Positions 51,866 through 60,890 of a stretch of DNA of 64,000 nt are shown one piece after another (positions within the stretch are counted from its first letter, which is position 1; every line of letters starts with the position of its first letter). The notes beneath the pieces were generated by a model. The model saw nothing but the letters and a program-made list of their open reading frames with translations, was not told the DNA's origin and did not search any database. A program made the translations under genes and the position numbers. Origin of the DNA: Longimicrobiales bacterium (lineage in GTDB: Bacteria; Gemmatimonadota; Gemmatimonadetes; Longimicrobiales; Gaopeijiaceae); contig CBDCNQ010000005.1 in the NCBI GenBank assembly GCA_965219445.1, positions 1,216,001-1,280,000 on the forward strand, in the 5' to 3' direction.

Positions 51866-53106
51866 CGGAGGGGTGGCTCCAGGTCTGGCGGGTGCTCCAG
51901 GCAGTCGTCGCACTCTTGGTGTTCGGTGTGCTGCTCGTAAGTGTTTGGGAACTGCTGAACCCATTCGTTTTCTTCTGGATCCTCGTCGTGGTGTTGCTCC
52001 CTTTCCGGGGAATGCCGGGGCACGGCCTACTCGTTTTCGTGGCCGCGATCCTCACGGTGTACTGGCTGCTGGCTACGACGGGATTCCTGCTTGCCCCGTT
52101 TGTTCTCGGTTTCGTTTTTGCATATGTGCTGGACCCGCTGGTGGACGCGTTGGTGGAGCGCCGCGTGGGGCGGACCACCGCGATCGTCCTGTTAGCGTTG
52201 CCGGTAGCGGGTGCGGGGGGTGTGGCCGTTTTGTACGGGATCCCGGCACTTGTGGGCCAGGTCGACGAGCTCGTCCAGTCGGCTCCCGAGTTGGTCGCGC
52301 GAGTGGGCGGATGGTTCAGTGGGCTTCGAGAGCGACTCATCCTCGCGGGCATTGGGGGTCTCGATGAAAGCACCATCCCAGATCTGACGGCCCTCGATCC
52401 TGAGCAGATCGTCGCGTTCCTTCAGGAGCGCCGCGAGCGGCTGGCCAGCGGCACATGGCGAGGCGTTCTGGGGCTGGGTCGTGGTCTCGGGTCCGCCGCT
52501 ACCGTCGCTGGCTACGTGTTCCTCACACCGGTTCTTACGTTCTACCTGCTTCGGGATTATGACCGTGTTCTTGCATGGCTTCGGGGGCTCCTCCCGCGTA
52601 GCCGTGAGGACGAGGTGGTGGAGTTCACACGTGAATACGATGTACTGCTGTCCAGGTACCTACGCGGACAGCTGACGGTGGCACTCATCCTGGGGGTCGT
52701 GACCGGAGCGCTGCTGTTCGTCGTGCGGTTTCAGTACCCCTTCCTTCTGGGAGCGTTGGCCGGGGTCATGGGGCTCATCCCTTTTCTTGGGTTCGTGCTC
52801 AGCATCATTCCCGCGGTGATTGTCGCTCTGGTCAGCGGCAGCGTGCTGGTGTCGCTGGTCAAGGTCGCGGCCGTCTACGGATCGGTTCAGGTTCTGGAGG
52901 GGGCGGTCATCAGTCCCAGGATTGTTGGTGAGTCGGTGGGACTACACCCGGTTTGGATTGTCCTGGCGCTGTCCGTGGGTGGATTCTTCTTCGGATTCGT
53001 AGGACTGCTGATCGGTGTGCCCGTGGCGGTGGGTGTAAAACTGTTGGCGGGTCGGGGTCTGGAGCGGTACCGGCGCTCGGAGCTGTATGAGGGTGCGGAG
53101 GGCTGA
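51862..53106 (+). CDS. AI-2E family transporter
   Basis: APFVLGFVFAYVLDPLV, YLRGQL, PRIVGESVGLHP. Confidence 0.9.
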   Translation: MTEGWLQVWRVLQAVVALLVFGVLLVSVWELLNPFVFFWILVVVLLPFRGMPGHGLLVFVAAILTVYWLLATTGFLLAPFVLGFVFAYVLDPLVDALVERRVGRTTAIVLLALPVAGAGGVAVLYGIPALVGQVDELVQSAPELVARVGGWFSGLRERLILAGIGGLDESTIPDLTALDPEQIVAFLQERRERLASGTWRGVLGLGRGLGSAATVAGYVFLTPVLTFYLLRDYDRVLAWLRGLLPRSREDEVVEFTREYDVLLSRYLRGQLTVALILGVVTGALLFVVRFQYPFLLGALAGVMGLIPFLGFVLSIIPAVIVALVSGSVLVSLVKVAAVYGSVQVLEGAVISPRIVGESVGLHPVWIVLALSVGGFFFGFVGLLIGVPVAVGVKLLAGRGLERYRRSELYEGAEG

Positions 53107-53306
53107 TCTCACCCGGTTGGATGTCGTTGAACCCAGGGTTACTCTTGAAGGTTGTTGCCCCGAATCTGACGGCTCGTTGCCGGACGTCCACTCAGCTTGG
53201 GCGGCTGCATTCCCCCGAAATGGGGAACCACCACGGATTAGGCGACTGGAAACGGGCCCGCTGCCAATGTGCGGGCCGATTCGTGCTCACTCCAGAAGAT
53301 TGAACG

Positions 53307-54293
53307 ATGTCTGAGCGTAAACACGAACAGATTGTCATCATAGGATCGGGGCCGGCAGCCTGGACAGCTGCGATTTATGCAGCCCGCGCCAATCTTTCTC
53401 CGCTCGTCGTGGAGGGAGCCGGCAGCCGCACCATGATTCCTGGTGGGCAACTCATGTTCACGACGGAGGTCGAGAACTACCCGGGCTTCCCCGCGGGTGT
53501 GACGGGGATCGACATGATGGCCGATTTCAAGACGCAAGCCGTGCGCTTCGACACACGCGTGATCACCGATGACGTGACCGAGGTGGATTTTTCAGTCCGC
53601 CCACTCCTGCTGAAGACCAGCGGCGGCACGGAGATCGAGAGCGATACCGTCATCCTCGCCACGGGGGCCAACGCCAATTGGATCGGCCTGGAGAACGAGC
53701 AACGCTTGGCACAGAGCGGGGGTGGCGTGTCCGCGTGCGCGGTCTGCGATGGCGCGCTTCCCCACTTCCGGAACCAGGTCATCGCGATCGTCGGTGGGGG
53801 TGACAGTGCGATGGAGGACGCGCTCTACATGTCGAAGTTCGCGAAAGAGGCCGTCGTCATTCATCGGCGGGAGGAGTTGCGGGCGTCCAAGATCATGCAG
53901 GATAGGGCGTTCGCGGAAGAGAAGATTCGTTTCGAGTGGAATCAGAACGTGGTCGACGTTTTGGGAGACGGCGTGATCACCGGCGTGCTCCTTCGGGACA
54001 CCGTTACCGGTGAGGAGCGGGAACTCGACGTCGGTGGGCTATTCATCGCGATCGGGCACGATCCCAACACCGGGTTCTTGAACGGCCAGGTGAAGCTCAA
54101 AGACAACGGCTTCGTAGAGTTGGCGACGTCATGGAGGACGGTCACATCCGTCCCGGGGGTATTCGCCGCGGGCGACGTGATGGACGATTTCTTCAAGCAG
54201 GCCGTTACGGCGGCCGGAACCGGTTGCATGGCGGCCCTTGAGGCCGAGCGTTGGCTCGCCCACGGCGGGCCGGAGAGCGCCTCGGAGGGATAG
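53307..54293 (+). CDS. trxB: Thioredoxin reductase
   Basis: GSGPAA, CAVCDG, GGGDSA, AAGDV. Confidence 0.95.
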   Translation: MSERKHEQIVIIGSGPAAWTAAIYAARANLSPLVVEGAGSRTMIPGGQLMFTTEVENYPGFPAGVTGIDMMADFKTQAVRFDTRVITDDVTEVDFSVRPLLLKTSGGTEIESDTVILATGANANWIGLENEQRLAQSGGGVSACAVCDGALPHFRNQVIAIVGGGDSAMEDALYMSKFAKEAVVIHRREELRASKIMQDRAFAEEKIRFEWNQNVVDVLGDGVITGVLLRDTVTGEERELDVGGLFIAIGHDPNTGFLNGQVKLKDNGFVELATSWRTVTSVPGVFAAGDVMDDFFKQAVTAAGTGCMAALEAERWLAHGGPESASEG

Positions 54294-54328
54294 AAGGCTG
54301 TTGAAGAGTACAGCGGGTCCCGAGACGC

Positions 54329-55066
54329 TCAGTAAAATCCTCCGGTCTGGTCGAGTGTCCCGCCACCGTCCACGACGATGGTCTGGCCGGTGATGAATGG
54401 AGACTCCACGAGGAACAGCACGGTGCGTGTCATGTCCTCCGGCGTTCCGGGCCTTTGGAGCAGCGTGGACTGGACCTCGCTTTCGACGGCGGCTTCAGAC
54501 ATACCCTCGGGCGCGAGCACGAGACCGGGGGCCACCGCGTTGACCCTCACTTCGGGCGCCAACGCGACGGCCTGGATCCGAGTGAGATGCATGAGCCCAG
54601 CTTTGGCGATCGAGTGATGAGCGTACCGGACCCATGGTTTAAGGCCCATGTGGTCCGCGACATTCACGATTGCCCCCGTGGATGAGCGGAGAAGGGGCGC
54701 GAATTCGCGCACAAGCAGGTGTGGACCCTTGAGGTTGACCCCCATGACGCGGTCCCATTCCTCCGACTCGATTTCGAGCAAGGAAGTGGAAATGAAGTTC
54801 GCTGCGGAGTTAACGAGCACGTCCAGGCGTCCGAATCGCTCCCGGACCGAGTGCCCGATCCGTTCGACCGCCGAAGCGTCCGAGACATCGCCAGGTGCCA
54901 AGAGGACCTCTCGACCCTGGTCGGTGAGTTCCGCCTCGAGAGTTCTGGCGGGCGCCTCGGACGAGTGGTAATTCACAACCATGTCATAGCCGGCGTCGGC
55001 CAGGGCAAGCGTGATGGCGCGTCCGGCGCGGACTGCACCGCCTGTGACGAGAGCGACCGGAGACAT
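54329..55066 (-). CDS. SDR oxidoreductase (pteridine reductase/FolM-like)
   Basis: TGGAVRAG, VNSA, RVNAVAPG, ITGQTIVVDGG. Confidence 0.85.
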   Translation of the reverse strand: MSPVALVTGGAVRAGRAITLALADAGYDMVVNYHSSEAPARTLEAELTDQGREVLLAPGDVSDASAVERIGHSVRERFGRLDVLVNSAANFISTSLLEIESEEWDRVMGVNLKGPHLLVREFAPLLRSSTGAIVNVADHMGLKPWVRYAHHSIAKAGLMHLTRIQAVALAPEVRVNAVAPGLVLAPEGMSEAAVESEVQSTLLQRPGTPEDMTRTVLFLVESPFITGQTIVVDGGGTLDQTGGFY

Positions 55067-55137
55067 GGGCTGCAACCTACGAATGGCCAAGACACTTCTG
55101 GGACACCACACTAGACTCGAATACGGGAGACGACAAG

Positions 55138-55854
55138 ATGGATTTGACGGGAAGGGCATGTCTGGTGACCGGCGCCTCCAGGGGAATCGGACGCGCCATA
55201 GGTGAGGCCCTTGCGGCGGCAGGAGCGGATGTGGTGATCAGTGCGCGGACCTCGTCAGAGGTCGAGCACGTAGCCGGGGAAATGGACGCCGACTCCGCCG
55301 GCCGGGTGGTCGGCGTCAGCGCCGATGTGTCCCGCCCCGAGGACTGCCTCCGCCTCGTCCAGGAGACGGTGGATGCGCTGGGCCGCCTGGACGTTGTCGT
55401 GAACAACGCCGGCGTGGGGGTTCTTGCCTCCATCGAAGATCTCTCTGTCGGGGACTGGCAGACCCAGATCGATACGAACCTCAGGGGCGTGTACTGTTGT
55501 TCGAAGGCGGCTGTACCACACCTCAAGGCGACGGAGGGGTGGATCATCAACATCGGATCGCTTGCTGGACGAAACCCCTTCGCGGGTGGTAGTGGATACA
55601 ACGCGAGTAAGTTTGGGTTGGTGGGAATGACGGAGGCCATGATGCTCGACCTTCGGCAGTTGGGAATCCGAGTGAGCATGGTGATGCCGGGAAGCGTGAA
55701 CACGCGCTTCGGCGGGGACTACCCCGACGGGGGACGTGCCTGGGCGTTGGGGGCGGACGATGTCGCCTCGGCCGTGCTCCATCTTCTTTCCTACCCCGAT
55801 AACGCCCATGTCAGTCGGGTGGAGATGCGGCCCAGCCGCCCGCCTAAGAAGTAG
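55138..55854 (+). CDS. SDR oxidoreductase
   Basis: TGASRGIG, NNAG, YNASK. Confidence 0.92.
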   Translation: MDLTGRACLVTGASRGIGRAIGEALAAAGADVVISARTSSEVEHVAGEMDADSAGRVVGVSADVSRPEDCLRLVQETVDALGRLDVVVNNAGVGVLASIEDLSVGDWQTQIDTNLRGVYCCSKAAVPHLKATEGWIINIGSLAGRNPFAGGSGYNASKFGLVGMTEAMMLDLRQLGIRVSMVMPGSVNTRFGGDYPDGGRAWALGADDVASAVLHLLSYPDNAHVSRVEMRPSRPPKK

Positions 55855-55892
55855 GATAGATTTAGATCCACCCCACAACGAACGAGGCAGCC

Positions 55893-57287
55893 ATGTCGGA
55901 CGGCTATCGAATAGAAAAGGACTCTCTCGGTGAGGTCCGCGTACCCACGGACGCGTTATACGGCGCGCAGACGCAGCGGGCGGTCGAGAACTTCCCCATC
56001 AGCGGACGGCGTTTCGGACGGGGCTTCATCCAGGCGCTCGGCCTGTTGAAGAAGGCCGCGGCCCTCACCAACCAGGAGCTTGGAAACCTCGAGGATGAAG
56101 TTGCCGAGGCCATCGCCGCAGCGGCGGAGGAGGTGGCAGCGGGTGAGTGGGATGATGAGTTCATTCTGGACATCTATCAGACCGGATCGGGCACTTCGAC
56201 GAACATGAACGCCAATGAGGTCGTGGCTCACCGTGCGAACCAGATCGTCGGAGGCGACGGGTCGGTGCATCCCAATGATCATGTCAACTTTGGGCAGTCG
56301 TCGAACGACCTTATTCCCTCAGCCATCCATATCGCGGCGCGCGTGGCGATGGAGCGAGAGCTCATCCCGGCGCTTACCCATCTGAGGGACGCGCTCTCAG
56401 CGAAGGCCGAGGCGTTCGATCATGTCGTAAAGTCGGGACGGACTCATCTGATGGACGCCACTCCTGTACGGCTTGGCCAGCAGTTTGGTGGTTATGCCCA
56501 TCAAATGACGAAGGGGATCGAGCGGGTTCGTCGTGCGTCGGAGGAGCTGGCTGAGCTGGCGCTTGGTGGAACAGCGGTGGGCACTGGCATCAATACACAC
56601 CCCGAGTTCGCCACGCGCGCGATCGCGCTCGTTTCGGAGGAGCTCGACCTGGAGTTTCACGAGGCCGAGAACCACTTCGAAGCACAGGCAGCCAAGGACG
56701 CTGCAGTGAACGCGGCGGGTGCCCTGAATACGATTGCGACGAGCTTCTTCAAGATCGCCGATGACGTGAGATGGCTGGCGAGCGGACCGACGTCCGGGAT
56801 CTCGGAGATCCTGCTCCCCGCGGTTCAACCCGGCAGCTCGATCATGCCCGGGAAGGTGAATCCGGTGATGTGCGAAGCCATGATGATGGTGGGCGCGCGT
56901 GTGATGGGAAACCACACTACCGTGACCATCGCAGGCCAGCGAGGCAATTTCGAGCTAAACGTGATGATGCCGGTACTCGCTCAGGCGCTTCTCGAGTCCA
57001 TCACGTTGCTCTCCAACGTGGCGAGGACGTTCGCCGATCGGTGCGTCGACGGGATCGAGGCCGATGAGCCGCGAGCGAAGGAGCTTCTCGAAAAAAATCC
57101 ATCGATTGCCACCGCGCTCAATCCGTCCATCGGTTATGACAAGGCGACGGAGGTGGCCAAGGAGGCTGCCCGGGAGGGACTGTCAGTCCGCGATGTCGTG
57201 GAAAAGAAAGGGTTGCTCGCACCCGAGGAGATCGACGGGGCTCTCGACGTCCGGGCAATGACCGAGCCGGGACTGCCCGGGTCCTAA
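55893..57287 (+). CDS. fumC: Class II fumarate hydratase
   Basis: QTGSGTSTNMN, GRTHLMDATP, GSSIMPGKVNP. Confidence 0.95.
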   Translation: MSDGYRIEKDSLGEVRVPTDALYGAQTQRAVENFPISGRRFGRGFIQALGLLKKAAALTNQELGNLEDEVAEAIAAAAEEVAAGEWDDEFILDIYQTGSGTSTNMNANEVVAHRANQIVGGDGSVHPNDHVNFGQSSNDLIPSAIHIAARVAMERELIPALTHLRDALSAKAEAFDHVVKSGRTHLMDATPVRLGQQFGGYAHQMTKGIERVRRASEELAELALGGTAVGTGINTHPEFATRAIALVSEELDLEFHEAENHFEAQAAKDAAVNAAGALNTIATSFFKIADDVRWLASGPTSGISEILLPAVQPGSSIMPGKVNPVMCEAMMMVGARVMGNHTTVTIAGQRGNFELNVMMPVLAQALLESITLLSNVARTFADRCVDGIEADEPRAKELLEKNPSIATALNPSIGYDKATEVAKEAAREGLSVRDVVEKKGLLAPEEIDGALDVRAMTEPGLPGS

Positions 57288-57452
57288 TACTCGGGCCCTA
57301 GTGCCGGGGACCTAGCCCCCCAAAACAAGTCACCCGACGCGCCGAACTGGCCATTCGCAACAGCAACCCTTGCCTCGAGGGAGGAGTCACGGTGATGACG
57401 CAGCCAACGCGCCGGGCTAAGGCGCTAAGGCCGGGTAAGGCTCTAATCCGGC

Positions 57453-57911
57453 TCAGGCACTCTTCAGGTTGAAGTGGAGTTGCTTCTTCCCGAGTTTTTT
57501 GTTCGCGACGGGAGCGGGCACGCCACCATCGGGGAGCACCCGCGTGACCGAGCCGTCCACGTAGAGCGGGTAGGCCCAGGAGGTTCCGTAGCGGACCACT
57601 TGTACCAGTTTCGGCCGGTTCGAAATCTTGCCCAGCGCAATGGGTTCAGTGATGCGGCGCCAGATCCGGTCGACGAGACCCATCCGCTCACTCACAGAAT
57701 CGGCCCACATCGCGAGCTGAATCTGCTTCCGGTCGGAAACCGACATGGATCGAACGATCTTCCGATGACCCGGAAAAGTGTGCGAAAGAAGGAAGGCGAG
57801 TGCCTCCACGTCCGGGGCGGGGTCTACACGTACCTCGTGATTACCGGGTGTGCGCACCCGCCGGCGGTCGGAAATGTCCAGAAAACCATCTGCGTGAACT
57901 CGAGTTCTCAT
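57453..57911 (-). CDS. Hypothetical protein
   Basis: 152-aa ORF divergent from the candidate 6S RNA. Confidence 0.65.
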   Translation of the reverse strand: MRTRVHADGFLDISDRRRVRTPGNHEVRVDPAPDVEALAFLLSHTFPGHRKIVRSMSVSDRKQIQLAMWADSVSERMGLVDRIWRRITEPIALGKISNRPKLVQVVRYGTSWAYPLYVDGSVTRVLPDGGVPAPVANKKLGKKQLHFNLKSA

Positions 57912-58180
57912 GTCGATGAGGCCTTTCGATCGAGAAAGATTCCGTTGTGGTTAACAGTTTGTTTACGACAAGTCCCGTGCCGTTTGAGCTCCAGGAGCGA
58001 TCGAACGCCGCGTCGGGATCATAAATTATTGTATGACAATGTTTTAGGTATTCTACACGCGGATGGTGCGGCTCAACCAAGGCCCCGCACTGTTGGGCAA
58101 ATTGTGATGACGGCGGCAAAAAATGCCCATTGTGAGGTGGAAGTGTTGGAAATAAATGCGGGTCGGCCACTGGGGATCGC

Positions 58181-58210
58181 TGGACAGTCCTAGAGACGGC
58201 GGCCTATATT
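58181..58210 (+). promoter_or_regulatory. Candidate sigma70 promoter for the ncRNA
   Basis: TGGACA-18 nt-TATATT immediately upstream of the rod-like RNA. Confidence 0.55.
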
Positions 58211-58215
58211 GAGCA

Positions 58216-58367
58216 GTGCGTACTGGGGGGCTCGTTTATTGAGCCAACACCCGTGAAGCCGGGACCGGCTCTTTCGTCCCACGTCACGCCCTGAAAGGGG
58301 AAGGCGGAATTCGAGAGGAGGTCACCTTACAGTGTCCCTGGGCTTCAATAATTTCCCTCTAGTGCGT
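58216..58367 (+). ncRNA. ssrS: Candidate 6S RNA
   Basis: Ends pair (GCGTACTGGGGGG / CCCTCTAGTGCGT), then TTATTGAGCC / GGCTTCAATAA, a central unpaired bubble, and GACC..CTCTTTCG / CGAGAG..GGTC; has its own promoter and terminator. Confidence 0.7.
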
Positions 58368-58371
58368 TTTA

Positions 58372-58415
58372 TTCGAGAGGCCGGGACCCGTGTGGTTCCG
58401 GCCTCTTGGAATTTC
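58372..58415 (+). terminator. Terminator hairpin after the ncRNA
   Basis: GAGGCCGGGACC-loop-GGTTCCGGCCTC. Confidence 0.65.
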
Positions 58416-58506
58416 TGACGACCCTTTGATCCGTCCCGAGTGGGGAGAGCACGACGCGTGATCGAGAGTACGCGCAGGATTCTGAACGAACGGGGGTCGC
58501 ACGCAG

Positions 58507-59700
58507 ATGCGTAGCGGACCTGCTTGGCTCGCGCTCGGTCTGGCGCTGATGAGCGCCAGTTCTGCCTGCGCCCAGGAGGACGAGCACCTCGAAAAGGTAC
58601 GACGGGTCCTGTCGGCGACACCTCTCTTCGACGGCCACAATGATCTTCCGTGGACCATCCGTGAACAGGAGGTTGTGCCCCACAGCGTGCACGCGTACGA
58701 CTTGCGAGCGACCACTCCCGGCCATACCGACATCGCCCGCCTGCACGCCGGGATGGTGGGTGCACAATTCTGGTCGGTCTACGTCGACATGGGGTCGGTG
58801 GAGGTTGGCGCGGCCAGGGTTCAGCTGGAGCAGATCGACATCGCTCGGCAGGTCATCCGCGCGTACCCGGATGTCCTCGAACAGGCGTACACGACCTCGG
58901 ACGTGGAGCGGATCTTCAGATCGGGCAGGATCGCGTCGGTTCTCGGGATGGAGGGCGGCCACGCCATCGAAAACTCTCTCGGTGCGCTTCGGGCCTACTA
59001 TGATCTGGGGGTGCGGTACATGACTCTCACGCATTCCGGCAATGCCGACTGGGCCGACTCGGCGACCGACGATGCGGAGCACGGGGGCCTGACGGATTTC
59101 GGCAGGGAGGTGGTGGGGGAGATGAACCGACTCGGCATGTTGGTGGACCTGTCACACACGTCCACCGAAACGATGAACGATGTCCTCGATATCGCCGAGG
59201 CACCTGTGATTTTTTCCCATTCCGGTGCGCAGGGGCTGACCGGCCATCGAAGGAACGTGCCCGATCAGGTCCTCCAGCGCCTTTCGGAGAACGGGGGTGT
59301 GGTCATGGTGGTGTTCTACCCATGGCATGTGTCGGAGGCCCTGCGCACGTACGACGGTCCGGGAGATCCTCCGTGGGCTACTCTCCTCGATGTGGCGGAT
59401 CACATCGAATACGTTCGTGACGTGGCCGGCCTCGACCATGTGGGTCTCGGTTCGGACTTCGACGGAATGGAACCGGATCCCCCCCCCGAGGGGCTCGAGG
59501 ACGTGTCGAAATTTCCGGCGCTCCTCGCCGAGCTGTCCCGTCGCGGATGGAGCGAAGGTGATCTTTCGAAGCTCGCTGGAAGGAATGTCCTCCGCGCTTG
59601 GAGTGCGGCGGAGAACGCAGCGGCGCGAATCCAGGAGCGGCGCGGACCCTCCAACGCCACCATCGAAGGGCTCGACGGACGCTCTCCAGCCCGGGACTAG
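58507..59700 (+). CDS. Membrane dipeptidase (peptidase M19)
   Basis: DGHNDLP, GMEGGH, VDLSH, FSHS, GLGSDFDG. Confidence 0.93.
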   Translation: MRSGPAWLALGLALMSASSACAQEDEHLEKVRRVLSATPLFDGHNDLPWTIREQEVVPHSVHAYDLRATTPGHTDIARLHAGMVGAQFWSVYVDMGSVEVGAARVQLEQIDIARQVIRAYPDVLEQAYTTSDVERIFRSGRIASVLGMEGGHAIENSLGALRAYYDLGVRYMTLTHSGNADWADSATDDAEHGGLTDFGREVVGEMNRLGMLVDLSHTSTETMNDVLDIAEAPVIFSHSGAQGLTGHRRNVPDQVLQRLSENGGVVMVVFYPWHVSEALRTYDGPGDPPWATLLDVADHIEYVRDVAGLDHVGLGSDFDGMEPDPPPEGLEDVSKFPALLAELSRRGWSEGDLSKLAGRNVLRAWSAAENAAARIQERRGPSNATIEGLDGRSPARD

Positions 59701-60074
59701 CCTACCTGGCGGCACTCCGGGCAATGTCCGTAAAGCACCAGCTCGTGGGCGTCGACCACGAAGCCGGGCGCTGCTAGCCGCTCAATGTCTTCTGGACAGG
59801 CTGCGACGTCGAACGCGAACCCGCACTCCCGGCAGATGAAGTGGTGATGATGAGGCTTTCCGCACCGCTCGTAACGGGCCGGCACGCCGGGAAGCTCGAC
59901 CGAGTGGAGCCACCCCTCGTCCGACAGAGACTTGATGTTGCGGTACACCGTTGCGATGCCGAGAGACGGAACGAGCGCGCGGCCCGCGGCCAGTACCTCG
60001 TCCGTGCTCAGCGGCCTTCGTTCACGTGTAAAGATCTCACGTATGGCCCGCCGCTGTCTGGTGTTGCGCTCCAC
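59697..60074 (-). CDS. Fur family metalloregulator
   Basis: TRQRRAI, GIATVYRN, HHHHFICRECG, LYGHCPEC. Confidence 0.92.
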   Translation of the reverse strand: MERNTRQRRAIREIFTRERRPLSTDEVLAAGRALVPSLGIATVYRNIKSLSDEGWLHSVELPGVPARYERCGKPHHHHFICRECGFAFDVAACPEDIERLAAPGFVVDAHELVLYGHCPECRQVG

Positions 60075-60115
60075 TTGAATGGCCACTCCGTTCAGCAATC
60101 CGTCCGTACACTCTT

Positions 60116-60129
60116 GATAATCGGTTATC
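60116..60129. promoter_or_regulatory. Fur-box-like inverted repeat
   Basis: GATAAT-CG-GTTATC between the divergent fur-like and merC-like genes. Confidence 0.45.
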
Positions 60130-60239
60130 GTTTACGCATCATCAAGTGTCCGGCGTCGTGAGCCAGCGCAGGTGACGACTTCGAGGCCGTGAGCCCGTGT
60201 GCCTCTCGGGTGGTCCTCATGCAGCAGGGAACCAGGAGC

Positions 60240-60692
60240 ATGGAAACAGGAACGATCCGGAAAAGCGATCGCGATCCGCTGGCCGCCTCGACCGAGGGTC
60301 CCGTAACCGGCTGGTCGGGGGTCCTACCGGCGATCTGCGCTGTGCACTGCCTGGCGATGCCGATTCTCGCTTCCACGCTTCCATTCTTCGCTGCGACCCA
60401 CGTCTGGGAAGTGTGGCTTCTGGGTGTTTCGGCCCTACTTGCTACGGTCGCTCTCGCGTCTTCCTGGCCTCTTCACGGGCGGTCCGCAGTCTGGGTCGTG
60501 GCTTCCCTGGGATTTGCTGTCTGGGTTGCGGCCCTCGCCGGATGGACGGGTCCTCTGCCCGAGAGCTTCATGTCACCCCTGGGGGGCTCGCTGGTCGCGA
60601 TTTCACTGTTCTGGAATGGACATTTGAGACACCAGGTGGTGTGCGGCTCCTGTGCCTGTCCAGTGCACCCGGTACGATCCGGTTTACCGTAG
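60240..60692 (+). CDS. MerC domain membrane protein
   Basis: ICAVHCLAMP motif, four TM segments, C-terminal CGSCACPVH. Confidence 0.8.
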   Translation: METGTIRKSDRDPLAASTEGPVTGWSGVLPAICAVHCLAMPILASTLPFFAATHVWEVWLLGVSALLATVALASSWPLHGRSAVWVVASLGFAVWVAALAGWTGPLPESFMSPLGGSLVAISLFWNGHLRHQVVCGSCACPVHPVRSGLP

Positions 60693-60890
60693 TCCGGCAC
60701 TGTCTTGGCCGATGGCGGGATTTTCGGCATCCGTTGAATCCCCGGCGGGCTCGCCGACTCAATCTCCCGCCGATCCCAACACAAGCGCCGTCCAACGTGT
60801 CTCTGATAGGAGTGCTCTAGCGGGTTGTGCACTCTGGGATCGGCTCATTCTTGAATTTCGACGAAGATCTTGAATTTTGAAAAGATACGG

